From contig OY764159.1 of assembly GCA_963668175.1 (NCBI GenBank), positions 288,001 to 352,000 on the forward strand: a stretch of 64,000 nt of DNA, given 5' to 3'. Shown piece by piece: positions 9,844-19,459 of this stretch (the stretch's first letter is position 1; each line of letters opens with the position of its first letter). The notes under the pieces were generated by a model, which saw nothing but the letters and a program-made list of their open reading frames with translations, was not told where the DNA came from and did no database searches. The translations under genes and the position numbers were made by a program. The stretch comes from Syntrophales bacterium (lineage in GTDB: Bacteria > Desulfobacterota > Syntrophia > Syntrophales > PHBD01).

Positions 9844-10755
9844 TTAAGACTCCGTTTCTGAAACGATTTCCCCGTCCCCCAGCTTTGGTCCCAGGAACGG
9901 CTCAAAGTGGTACCATTCCTCCGGACGGCGGCGGGCTTCATTCTCCAGCATATTGGCGTAGGCCTGCGCCGAGTCCTCAATAGCCTTTTTTCTGTCCTGC
10001 CGTGCCGCAGCACGTACATACTGAGGCTCGGAGACCCTCACATGATAGGCGCGATCTCCGGTACGGCTGACAAAAAACATGAAGAGCGGAGCGCCGGACA
10101 GAAGGGCAAAAATATGCGGCGCTTCGGGAAGATCGACCCGGTGCCCGAGAAATTTTACTGCAACGGATCTCTGCCCCTCGCTCCAAAGCCGGTCCCCCGT
10201 CAGGGAAACGAAGCCGCCCTCCCGGAGAAACTGGACCCCTTCGACAATATCGAAAGGAGACCCTCCTTCCGGACTGACGGCAATAATCCTGACCCCCAGG
10301 TCTTCCAGGCTCTTCTTCTGCGTTTTTTCGATCTGCTCCCGGTGTTTCTCTCCCAGATAAAGCAACAGACGGAAACCTTTCAATTTCAGGAGGTGAGCGG
10401 CGATTTCCCAACTTCCCATATGGGACATGAGCAGGATGCCGCCTGTGCCTCTATCCAAGGCTGCATGGAGATGCTCCCACCCTTCCCTCGTCACGGAGAT
10501 ATCGCCGGTATATTGCAGGAGGAAGCGATCCATGTAGACCGTCGTGAAGTTATGGTACTGGCGCCAGGCGCACCGCAGGTGATACCAGGGACTGCGGCCG
10601 GGGAAGAGCGCCCGATAAAACCTCATGCTCAAAGCGACCCTCACGGGAAGGAAGAAGAAATAACCCGTGGAAATCCACCACGAAAATATCTTAAAGACCC
10701 AGATTCCCAGACCTTTCGATAAAGAGACGATGAATCGATATAAGAGACCGATCAT
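9844..10755 (-). CDS. LpxL-like lysophospholipid/lipid acyltransferase
   Basis: HxxxxE motif SHMGSWE, LTGDR and C-terminal PEEWYHF. Confidence 0.85.
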   Translation of the reverse strand: MIGLLYRFIVSLSKGLGIWVFKIFSWWISTGYFFFLPVRVALSMRFYRALFPGRSPWYHLRCAWRQYHNFTTVYMDRFLLQYTGDISVTREGWEHLHAALDRGTGGILLMSHMGSWEIAAHLLKLKGFRLLLYLGEKHREQIEKTQKKSLEDLGVRIIAVSPEGGSPFDIVEGVQFLREGGFVSLTGDRLWSEGQRSVAVKFLGHRVDLPEAPHIFALLSGAPLFMFFVSRTGDRAYHVRVSEPQYVRAAARQDRKKAIEDSAQAYANMLENEARRRPEEWYHFEPFLGPKLGDGEIVSETES

Positions 10756-10827
10756 AGGACCTTCCGTTTAACATGACTTTGACAAATTAACTTCCAAGCC
10801 CCCCTGAGACATTTTCGCGATATCCGC

Positions 10828-13800
10828 TTATACCTTGAAAGCGGTCAGGATAAGGAACCTTGCCGGGGTTTCGGATTCGGGCTCTGCAACGTCGAAGCCC
10901 TCAGCGGTTAATATCGCCATAACCTCTTCGTGTGAACGGACCACGGGTTTTATTCCCAAGAGCCTGTTTCGCAAGGCACTCAGCGTATCCCGCCTTGATA
11001 AATCCGTCGAAGACGTAGCGCGCTCCCGGATCAATAACATCCCTCCCGGTGCCAGGGATTCCCGAATTTTCCGCAGCGTCAGGCTAAATTCCTCATCGGA
11101 AAGAAGGTGGATGACGTCAAGAAGCAGCGCCGTATCCGCACCGCTTGGAAGATTGTCCAACGCCGGTGCTTTTCCCTGCACGGCGACACCCTGCTTTCCT
11201 ATTACCCGCGACGCGAAGAGTACCCGCTTCTTTTCGGGATCGACGGCATGAACCCGGGCGGCCGGATAAAGTTCAAGGAGCCAGGCGCAGGCCAATCCGT
11301 AGCCACATCCTATATCAAGGATAAGCCGGGGCGCTTTCACGTATTCGGACAAACAGCCGTAAAGGGGATCGAAGCGCATCCTGAGCCAGGCATGAAGTCT
11401 CGGGGAGGCCTCCATATGCCGGTAGCGTACCATGACGCGCTTGCGGTGCCGTTTCGATGCGGGGACAAGGTCCTGCTCCGGCGGGCAATCGAGCGGCCGG
11501 TATATCCTTTTCATGAGGGGGGGAACGATGGCGATTGCTCCGAGGAAAGAATAGCCTATACCCAGCGCCAGGCCGATACCCACGCTGCGGAGGAGAACAT
11601 GTCCCGATATGGCCAGTACCCCGAATCCCAAAAATGTCGTGGCAAAGGACATAAAGACGGACAGCCTGATGAGGCCCAGCGAAGGATGGTACTCGTCCAG
11701 GTACCGTTGATAGGAGCGGACCAGATAGAGGGCATAGTCCGTACCCATGCCGATGATGACGACCGATACCATGATCATCGGAATGCCCAGGGGTTCATTC
11801 AGGAGATTCAATGTCCCGACGGTGCAGACGAGGGCGAAAACCGTCGGGGCAACGGCGATAAGGGTCAACGGCAAATCCAGGAGATAAAGAAACGCAACGG
11901 CCAGTGTCATGATGCCCACAATCAGGGCCACTTTCAGAAATCCCGAAAAGATAAACGCTCCCAACCTTTCGCCGAAGAATGTCGGATCGAAGACCTTCAC
12001 GTCGGATAGCGCTCTTAAACGCGTGAAGAAGGATACGGGACGATACTCCGGGCCGGGCGTCAGGGTTGTAAAGAATGAAAGACCCTGTCCGTCGTGTTTG
12101 CGGGCAATGCCCAGAAGACTGAAATACTGTTCGGGAACGCCGACTGCGCGGTATTCCCGTTCGGCCAGCATGCTCAGAAAGGGATTAAAGGCCCCGGGTC
12201 TGAAGCCCGACTCCCGGGCAGCCCGTTCTATGTCGGCGGTCAACGCCGATACGCGCTCGGAAGACCAGAATTCCCGCCAGTCCCGGAAATTTTGTCGCGC
12301 CCTCTCTTCGCCCGGGAACAAAAGTGACGGCACGAACGACGCGGACAGGACTCCGTTCGCCTCTTCCCGGTCTAGTTGGAACGCCAGCCGGTCCGCCCGC
12401 CGCTGCAGGTCGGCCACGTCGCCCCCTTCCTGAATAAGGAAAACACGATTCGCGATACCGCCCCAGACATCTTTGACCAGCTTCTCGGCAGCCACCGTCT
12501 GGGCGCTGATGCTGTTCATGGCGTTCAAATCGATGCGTATATCGGGCCTGGCAAAAAAGAGCATCACAAAGGCAAAAAAGAGTGCCGCCCATAATTTCCA
12601 GGGGTGTTCCGACGATGAAACGGCATTGACCATACGCTGCAGGGGAATGAAACCGTCCCGCCGCGCGGGCGGAACGGAGGGAAAAACGAAGGGATAAATC
12701 AAATGGACAAAAACGAACGTGAAAAACACTCCCAAAGCGGCGAACCAGCCGAGCTGGGAAAGGGCGGCAAAGCCGCCGAGGAACAGAAAGGCGAAGCTGA
12801 CGGCCGTCGTCAGCATGGCCAGGAGCCCCAGGGACCAGACTTCCTTCGTGGCTTCCAATCCATGCGTTTCATAAGGGCGGTCCAGAAAAAGCAGGTAGGC
12901 GATGCCGTAATCGACGGTGAACGATATGATGGCGCCTCCGAAACCGACGGCCAGCATGGAAATCGTCCGGTTAAAGAGGGAATAGACGAACAGGGCGGCG
13001 ATCGTCCCCGCAAACGCCGGAAGAAGTGCAAGCAATCCGATCAGCGGCCGGGGAAAACCGAGAATCAGGAGGATGGCAATGGCCAGGGTGGAAAAGATGA
13101 CGGCCTGGCGGGTGTCTCTCTTGGCGCTCGTTTCATTGTCCAGCGCGGCCCGATAAGCGCCGACAGGCGTCAAGATAAAGGCATCGCTTTGTCCGTAAGC
13201 GTGCGCCAATTCGCTTGTAATGCCGTCCATGACGGCAGTTACTTTGCGGGCATAGGCGGTATCCGCTGCCGGCACGGCAGGTTCGGCGACGATCAGGAGG
13301 TGTTTCTTGTCGGGGGAGATGATCTGGCCCCTGTACATGTCTATCTGCCGGGAAGGGGCCAGAGGAGCGAGACGGGCCATGACGATGTTCTTTAATCCCA
13401 GGGGGTCTTGAGCCGTGAACCGGGACTGGCCGATACCCTCCAGGCTTGAAAGCTGCGCGAAATTGGTTCGAACGGCGTCGCGGATGTGTCGGGAGTCAAG
13501 AAGCGGCAAAACGCGTTCTCGAAGGTCTTTGGCCGTAAAGAGAACGGTAAGGTGATTCACGACATACGCCATCAGTTCGGGAACGAGGGCATACTGATCC
13601 TCCAGGCCCACGCGCTTGAACAGACCGCTATCCCGGAGCCGCTTCTCGACCAACGCCCCCCCGTCGACCAGCCTGTCGATATCGTCGCCCCGATGGGCGA
13701 CGTCGATCACGATGCGGTCCTGGATGGGATGATTCCGGACGATGTAGCGGGCATCGGCAAGGACCGGATCGCTTTGCGGCAGGGAAGCGGTAAGGTCGAA

Positions 13801-13902
13801 ATCCAGCGACAGGCGTCCGACGCTGAGAGAAAACAGCGACGCGACGACGATGATGACCGCGACAACCAAAGGCCAGCGGATCGAATACCGACTCAAAAAC
13901 AT
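10828..13902 (-). CDS. MMPL/RND-family exporter fused to a C-terminal class I SAM methyltransferase
   Basis: Two TM bundles with VDY and TDY motifs and large periplasmic loops; C-terminal LDIGCGYG and LLDVIH motifs. Confidence 0.85.
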   Translation of the reverse strand: MFLSRYSIRWPLVVAVIIVVASLFSLSVGRLSLDFDLTASLPQSDPVLADARYIVRNHPIQDRIVIDVAHRGDDIDRLVDGGALVEKRLRDSGLFKRVGLEDQYALVPELMAYVVNHLTVLFTAKDLRERVLPLLDSRHIRDAVRTNFAQLSSLEGIGQSRFTAQDPLGLKNIVMARLAPLAPSRQIDMYRGQIISPDKKHLLIVAEPAVPAADTAYARKVTAVMDGITSELAHAYGQSDAFILTPVGAYRAALDNETSAKRDTRQAVIFSTLAIAILLILGFPRPLIGLLALLPAFAGTIAALFVYSLFNRTISMLAVGFGGAIISFTVDYGIAYLLFLDRPYETHGLEATKEVWSLGLLAMLTTAVSFAFLFLGGFAALSQLGWFAALGVFFTFVFVHLIYPFVFPSVPPARRDGFIPLQRMVNAVSSSEHPWKLWAALFFAFVMLFFARPDIRIDLNAMNSISAQTVAAEKLVKDVWGGIANRVFLIQEGGDVADLQRRADRLAFQLDREEANGVLSASFVPSLLFPGEERARQNFRDWREFWSSERVSALTADIERAARESGFRPGAFNPFLSMLAEREYRAVGVPEQYFSLLGIARKHDGQGLSFFTTLTPGPEYRPVSFFTRLRALSDVKVFDPTFFGERLGAFIFSGFLKVALIVGIMTLAVAFLYLLDLPLTLIAVAPTVFALVCTVGTLNLLNEPLGIPMIMVSVVIIGMGTDYALYLVRSYQRYLDEYHPSLGLIRLSVFMSFATTFLGFGVLAISGHVLLRSVGIGLALGIGYSFLGAIAIVPPLMKRIYRPLDCPPEQDLVPASKRHRKRVMVRYRHMEASPRLHAWLRMRFDPLYGCLSEYVKAPRLILDIGCGYGLACAWLLELYPAARVHAVDPEKKRVLFASRVIGKQGVAVQGKAPALDNLPSGADTALLLDVIHLLSDEEFSLTLRKIRESLAPGGMLLIRERATSSTDLSRRDTLSALRNRLLGIKPVVRSHEEVMAILTAEGFDVAEPESETPARFLILTAFKV

Positions 13903-14164
13903 ACCGGAATCACCTATTTACTGATTGCCTGACGAGGCATGGATACCTTCAAAACGCCCGAAATGTCAAGAATGCATTGGCACGACCCGTCAGGATGGCG
14001 AGAACAACGTCTCTTGCCCAATTCCGTGCCGGGGTCAGACATCGCAGCAATGCGACCAAGACCATGCTTTCACAAAAGATTTCGTCAGCCAAATCACTTG
14101 AAGATCACCGAATAACATGATAGGTAAGAAAAACTTATCATGACGACAGGCTGCGCGGGGGTCT

Positions 14165-14953
14165 ATGGGAATCTTCAAAATCGCCACCTATAATGTCAAT
14201 TCCATACGTTCCCGGCTTCACATCATTCTTCCCTGGCTCCAATCCCATCGTCCCGACGCCTTTTGCATGCAGGAAACGAAGGTGAAAGACGATCAATTCC
14301 CTGTCCAACCTTTTGAAGATATGGGCTACCACGTCTCCTTCAGGGGAGAAAAGTCGTACAACGGCATCGCCATGGCGTCGCTTAAGAAGCCGGAGTACCT
14401 TGCTTTCGGGTTCACGGACGACGGTCCCCGCGACGAATCCCGTTTGCTGAGGGCCGTTGTCGGGGGCATTTCTATACTGAATACCTATGTCCCCCAGGGG
14501 CGCGAACGGCCGAGCACTTTTTTCACCTACAAACTTGAGTGGTTTAAGCGTCTCCGCAGACTCATGGAAGAAAATTATTCTCCGGCGGCGCCGCTGATAT
14601 GGTGCGGCGATTTGAATGTCGCCCCTGAAGCCATAGACGTTCATCACCCCAAGCGCCTCCTGGGTCACGTCTGTTTCAATCCCGAAGTATGGGACGCTCT
14701 GAAAGCCGTTTCATCATGGGGTTTCACAGATATCTTCAGAAAGCATCACCCCGGCGAGGCCGGACAATATACATTTTTTGACTACCGCGTTCCGAAATCG
14801 ACGGAGCGGGGCCTCGGCTGGCGGGTCGATCATATATTCGCGACGGATACCCTGGCGGGAAAATCGCGTAGTTGTACCATAGATATGGGCCCACGTCTCA
14901 GCCAGAAGCCATCCGATCATACCATCCTTACGGCAGATTTCGGAATCGCTTGA
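14165..14953 (+). CDS. xth: Exodeoxyribonuclease III
   Basis: ATYNVNS, QETK, GDLNVAP, GWRVDH and SDH motifs. Confidence 0.95.
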   Translation: MGIFKIATYNVNSIRSRLHIILPWLQSHRPDAFCMQETKVKDDQFPVQPFEDMGYHVSFRGEKSYNGIAMASLKKPEYLAFGFTDDGPRDESRLLRAVVGGISILNTYVPQGRERPSTFFTYKLEWFKRLRRLMEENYSPAAPLIWCGDLNVAPEAIDVHHPKRLLGHVCFNPEVWDALKAVSSWGFTDIFRKHHPGEAGQYTFFDYRVPKSTERGLGWRVDHIFATDTLAGKSRSCTIDMGPRLSQKPSDHTILTADFGIA

Positions 14954-14985
14954 CCAGATCACAGATACGCAGAAAGGGATGTGCC

Positions 14986-15555
14986 ATGCACGACGATACG
15001 AAAACGATCAAACTCAACGAGGAGATTAAACGGAAATACGAGAATATCGAACAGCGGTTCCCTCAATACGCCGATGCCAGAACGTTGTTCGAAGGGCTCC
15101 TCTCCCAGATGGCCGAAGAATTCGCCATCCCTTATATTTGGCTGACCTTCAGCGACAGGGAAGACATGGCCGGCCTTGTCGATCTCCTTTCCGCATCGCC
15201 ACAGATTAAAGATCGCCTGAAGATCCTCGCCGAATCTTCCTTTGCGGAACTCTTTGAGAACAAGGACACATCGATCCTCGCCAATGAAGATTTAAGGCCG
15301 TTCTATCGCCTGTTGCCGCCCAACGTGAAATATTTTATCCGTTCCTTAGCCATCGCCCCCATAAGAATCGACGGTCGGTTGTCGGGAAGTCTCAACTGCG
15401 GCGACGCTTCGAGTCTTCGCTATCAGCCGGGCATGGATACGTCTCTCCTGGATCGGTTGGCCGCGCAAGTCTCAGATCGTCTGGCGGCTCTGATGGACTC
15501 CGAAAGGATGGCTACGCCGAATCCGGAAGACGCCCAGGAAACGCATAAGGGATGA
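14986..15555 (+). CDS. Stand-alone GAF-like (DUF484-like) sensor-domain protein
   Basis: SLAIAPI..GSLNCGD...RYQPGMDT pattern; aligns by eye with the N-terminus of the GGDEF at 25477-26490. Start set at ATG 14986. Confidence 0.75.
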   Translation: MHDDTKTIKLNEEIKRKYENIEQRFPQYADARTLFEGLLSQMAEEFAIPYIWLTFSDREDMAGLVDLLSASPQIKDRLKILAESSFAELFENKDTSILANEDLRPFYRLLPPNVKYFIRSLAIAPIRIDGRLSGSLNCGDASSLRYQPGMDTSLLDRLAAQVSDRLAALMDSERMATPNPEDAQETHKG

Positions 15556-15830
15556 CGATCCCATGAGGGGCGGCATCTGGTCGGGAGATATCACGGAGAA
15601 GCCGAGGAAACCGTCGGGCGCGCTTCATACCTCTGGCCGTAACACCGGCCGGCGGGCGCACAGGCACGGTGTTCCACAAAGCTCCTCGCATGAGAGCAGT
15701 GGAAGTCTCCGGCTATAATTCTCGTATCATCTCCGTCATGAGAGGCATTCTCTCACTTGGCCTTCCCGGCCCGGCAACGGGACGGGCGTCGAAACAAGAT
15801 TGATTTAACGCGTTTAAATCGGGACGTTGT

Positions 15831-16277
15831 ATGAAATTTCTCGATCGGCTGTTGGCAAAAAAACGGGATAAAGAAGAGCCGGCGGATGTCCTGACGCTGG
15901 CCAATCAGATCAGCACCCTCATTGACAAGACCTCCTGGGACATCTTTTCAACATATCGCCTGGAACTCCTTGGAGAATCCATAGCTTATATTGTCCCGGC
16001 CATCTGGGGAGCCAGAAAGGAAGGAGACCTCACTCCGCTGCAAAGAACGATCAATGATCATGTTGAGCCCATTATCAAAGAGATTTTCTCTTCCCTGGCG
16101 ATTCGAGGGATGGAAGCCCAACAGGAATTTGCCTTGAGTTTTCTCATTCGCGGCCTTATCATCTCGAAAATCACTTACATGATCGAGGCGTTTCGCAACA
16201 GGCTCAACGAGCAGGCCTTCGACGAGCAGAAGTTGAAAGACGCCCTATCCAACATCAAACCTCTCGGTACGGCATGA
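15831..16277 (+). CDS. Hypothetical helical protein
   Basis: 148-aa ORF with plausible composition filling the gap; no motif recognised. Confidence 0.7.
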   Translation: MKFLDRLLAKKRDKEEPADVLTLANQISTLIDKTSWDIFSTYRLELLGESIAYIVPAIWGARKEGDLTPLQRTINDHVEPIIKEIFSSLAIRGMEAQQEFALSFLIRGLIISKITYMIEAFRNRLNEQAFDEQKLKDALSNIKPLGTA

Positions 16278-16354
16278 CGGCAGGCCTTAATACCCCGTAC
16301 CGAAATTCCTTCATAACCCATTGCCTCCAACCAGCCATCGAGAATATCTATCGC

Positions 16355-16867
16355 CTATATTTCTTCGCAGCAATGCCCTCCCTTGGAACGGCAGCCATTC
16401 TCCTTGGCCTTCTCAGCCAGTCTCGTTTCTCTTCTGGCACGCGCTTCTTCGTTGCGGCGCCGTTCGTTATCCGTCTCCAGGATCAGGGGCGGTAACTCCC
16501 GGGGCCGGCCGTCCTTGTCGATGGCCACATAGGTCAGATAAGCCGACGCCGTATGGCACCGCTTGCCCGTGATGAGATTTTCCGACTCGACGCGGACGCC
16601 GACCTCCATGGATGTCCTGCCGACGTAATTTAAGCTGGCTCTCATGGTCACATAATCTCCGACATAGACAGGATAGTGAAAATCCAGTCGGTCTATGGAA
16701 GCGGTAACGGCATTCGATCTTGCATGGCGGATCGCAACGACGCCCGCAATCGTATCGATGAGTTTCATGATCACACCGCCATGGACATTGCCCGCAGGAT
16801 TGGCATCAAGGGGATTCATCTGCTGGGCCATGACGACACTGCTTTCCTGTACTGTCTTACTTTCCAT
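16355..16867 (-). CDS. Acyl-CoA thioesterase (HotDog, YciA-like)
   Basis: DANPAGNVHGG, AVTASID and GRTSMEVGV motifs. Confidence 0.92.
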   Translation of the reverse strand: MESKTVQESSVVMAQQMNPLDANPAGNVHGGVIMKLIDTIAGVVAIRHARSNAVTASIDRLDFHYPVYVGDYVTMRASLNYVGRTSMEVGVRVESENLITGKRCHTASAYLTYVAIDKDGRPRELPPLILETDNERRRNEEARARRETRLAEKAKENGCRSKGGHCCEEI

Positions 16868-16961
16868 CTAATAACTCCTTTGTAAAAAATGATTCATGGT
16901 AAATCATACAGGCAGATACGGCCATAGGCAACGAAAAATTATGGCCCTTCATCCTTGCGGC

Positions 16962-17000
16962 AAAAGGAAAGGGCCCCGTTGAAGGAACAGGGCCCTTTTC
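16962..17000 (-). terminator. Intrinsic terminator after the PanE-Kce fusion
   Basis: AAAGGGCCC...GGGCCCTTT inverted repeat followed by a T-rich tail on the minus strand. Confidence 0.65.
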
Positions 17001-17019
17001 ATTCCGAGATGACGTCTGC

Positions 17020-19020
17020 TTACTTTTTCAAGCCCAGGATTTCCCGGGTCTCATCGGGACTTGCCGGCTCAAAATCGAATTCGCGCATGATCCTGACCAT
17101 TTTTTCCACGAGTTCGCCGTTGTTTTTGGCGAAGACGCCCTTCTTTACAAACAGGTTGTCCTCCATGCCGACGCGGACATGGCTGCCCAGGAAAAGCCCC
17201 TGGGTACAGACGGGAAATTCATTTCGGCCGGCGCCGATGACGGACCATTGATAATTGCCCCTGCCGAAGATACGGTCGGCCGTCGTATTCAGACTGATCA
17301 GATCATAGGGGGTTGACTGGATCCCTCCCAGAATGCCCGTCACGAACTGCAAATAGACCGGCGGTTTCAGATAACCCGCCTGCAGAAGGTAGCCGCAGTT
17401 GTAGAGATGGCCGATGTCATAGACCTCCAACTCGGGCTTCGTTCCGTTTTCCGCCATGATGGAGGTCATTTTAAAAAGATCCGCAAACGTATTCTGGAAG
17501 ACATATCCTTTGGCCAGCTCCATCATGGCCCCTTCCCAGGGATATTTCAGTTCCGTGTATTTCTCGATCATGGAAAAGACGCCCCAGTTCATCGATCCCA
17601 GGTTGCACGATGCCAGCTCCGGTTTGAACCGGGGAATGACCGACGCCCGCTGTTCCACCGTCATGCCGGCACCGCCGCCCGTCGTGATGCAGATGATCAG
17701 GTCCTTGTTCTTCGCTCTTATCTTGTCGATGATCTGTTCAAAGACATTGAGATCCGCCACGGGCATACCGTCCTGGGGATTGCGGGCATGGATATGCACG
17801 ACGGCCGCACCGGCAGCGGCCGCATCCAAGGCGTTCTGGGCGATCTGATCGGGTGTTATGGGCAGATAATCGGACATGGATGGCGTGTGAATGGAACCCG
17901 TAATGGCGCAGGTCACAATCCGCTTATGGTACGGTATCTTGCTCTTGGCCGGCCGGGATGCAGGCGCCGCTGCGGCAGGTTTGGCGGCCGTTTCCGCCGG
18001 ACCATCGGGAATATCAGGCAGGACGAACATCTCCAGGTTGGCCATGGCCGGCTTCAATTTGCCGTCCTGGCAGGCGGTGACGATCTCCACGACTTTGTCG
18101 TTGACCGGCGTCTTCACCTTGGCCTTTCGTCCCATCTCCGCCACTTTCCCGTTGATCGTGTTGATTTCGCATGGCAGCCCTTTTTCCAGGTCCTGAAGCA
18201 TGCTCGCCTTAAGTGCCCGATGCGGACCGAAAGCCATCTGGTAAATCATGAACGTCTTCTGCAACTGCTGCTTGTTCTGGAAAGAAAGGATGCCTACGTC
18301 AACGCCCTGAATCGGCTCCGGTTTGATGCCGAGGGCGGATGTCACCTGGAGGCATTCATTGGCGATGTGGGCCACGCAGGCCAGGGCTTTCGGGTTATCG
18401 AGAATATCCCCATAGGTGCAGCCCAATGCTGCAGACATGCCGCTGAACGTAGAATTGACAAGGAGCTTGGTCCAACGGATGCCTATCAATTTATCGGTCG
18501 TGATGGGCACGCCGGCCGACTCCAGCACTTCCTTGACCTTCTGCAGCCGCTCCGTCATTTTGCCGTCCAGTTCCCCGATATCATAGGTCATTTTGTCCGC
18601 CGGGGACGTCAACTGCGACACGCCGGGGGCCATCCAGGTGGCTCCCCAGCCAACGGCGGCTCCGAGGGTTCTCTGCGCGCCGACGTATTCGGCTACCGCA
18701 TCTTCAGGCAACCCGTTCTGAAGGGTGAGAACGATGCTGTCCTTGTGCAGATGAGGAACGAGCGCCGTCAGGGCCGCATCATTGTAATTCGTCTTTACCA
18801 GGTACAAGACCAGGTCGAATGTCCCTTCCATTTGGGCGGGTAAAATCGCCTTGACGGGGACGGTCATTTCCAGAAATCCGGTAATTTGGGCGCCTTTTTC
18901 GTTCAGAGCTTTCACATGAACTTCATTGGCATCGACCAGCACCACATCACGACCGCCCTTTGTCAGCATGGCCCCAATAATCGTCCCCAATGATCCTGCA
19001 CCAACTACTGCAATCTTCAT
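17020..19020 (-). CDS. Fusion of a ketopantoate reductase-like domain (PanE/ApbA) and a 3-keto-5-aminohexanoate cleavage enzyme (Kce/BKACE, DUF849)
   Basis: N-half: GAGSLG, LQNG, WTKLLVN, SMLQDL...E..TING. Ala/Pro linker. C-half: TCAITG, HIHAR, ITTGG, RVGMED. Start ATG 19020 follows an AGGAG RBS. Confidence 0.9.
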   Translation of the reverse strand: MKIAVVGAGSLGTIIGAMLTKGGRDVVLVDANEVHVKALNEKGAQITGFLEMTVPVKAILPAQMEGTFDLVLYLVKTNYNDAALTALVPHLHKDSIVLTLQNGLPEDAVAEYVGAQRTLGAAVGWGATWMAPGVSQLTSPADKMTYDIGELDGKMTERLQKVKEVLESAGVPITTDKLIGIRWTKLLVNSTFSGMSAALGCTYGDILDNPKALACVAHIANECLQVTSALGIKPEPIQGVDVGILSFQNKQQLQKTFMIYQMAFGPHRALKASMLQDLEKGLPCEINTINGKVAEMGRKAKVKTPVNDKVVEIVTACQDGKLKPAMANLEMFVLPDIPDGPAETAAKPAAAAPASRPAKSKIPYHKRIVTCAITGSIHTPSMSDYLPITPDQIAQNALDAAAAGAAVVHIHARNPQDGMPVADLNVFEQIIDKIRAKNKDLIICITTGGGAGMTVEQRASVIPRFKPELASCNLGSMNWGVFSMIEKYTELKYPWEGAMMELAKGYVFQNTFADLFKMTSIMAENGTKPELEVYDIGHLYNCGYLLQAGYLKPPVYLQFVTGILGGIQSTPYDLISLNTTADRIFGRGNYQWSVIGAGRNEFPVCTQGLFLGSHVRVGMEDNLFVKKGVFAKNNGELVEKMVRIMREFDFEPASPDETREILGLKK

Positions 19021-19459
19021 ATCTCCTACCTCCCCCATGATCAATTTGCTAAACCTACAGGCCCCACGCTCACTCCGTGACGCCAGGGTTCTCCCGATCC
19101 CACATCACCCATCTTGCAGACTGCAAGAGGGGTCACCAAAATTATGAAACGGCCAGACTTTAAAACAGAAGAAGTACGGATACGGCCTTAAGTGGCAGTC
19201 GCCGTTCTGCAATGTAAAATAAATGTTGAAGGACGATCGATAGTGATCTTTGCTTCTGATCGCCTGAATCATAGGCTAATATATATCCTGTTAAAAAGCA
19301 ATTGTTGATGGATGGGCATTTTCTCATGCGCCGCATGCCCTGGCTGCATTACCGGTGACCGCGCAAATCTTCAGCCGGATCAGATGTTTGGTATTGTATT
19401 TTCCATAAATAGTGTGATAATTTACAGACTTTCTGGCACTGAACCCTGAGGAAAACGCC

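Noticed and set aside
16274..16495. 73-aa plus-strand ORF overlapping the end of the hypothetical gene
   Set aside because: It is mostly antisense to the thioesterase and has no motif support.
19045..19459. Possible riboswitch or sigma54 promoter in the long divergent intergenic region
   Set aside because: No recognisable aptamer consensus, and the TGG...TTGC candidates have the wrong -24/-12 spacing.
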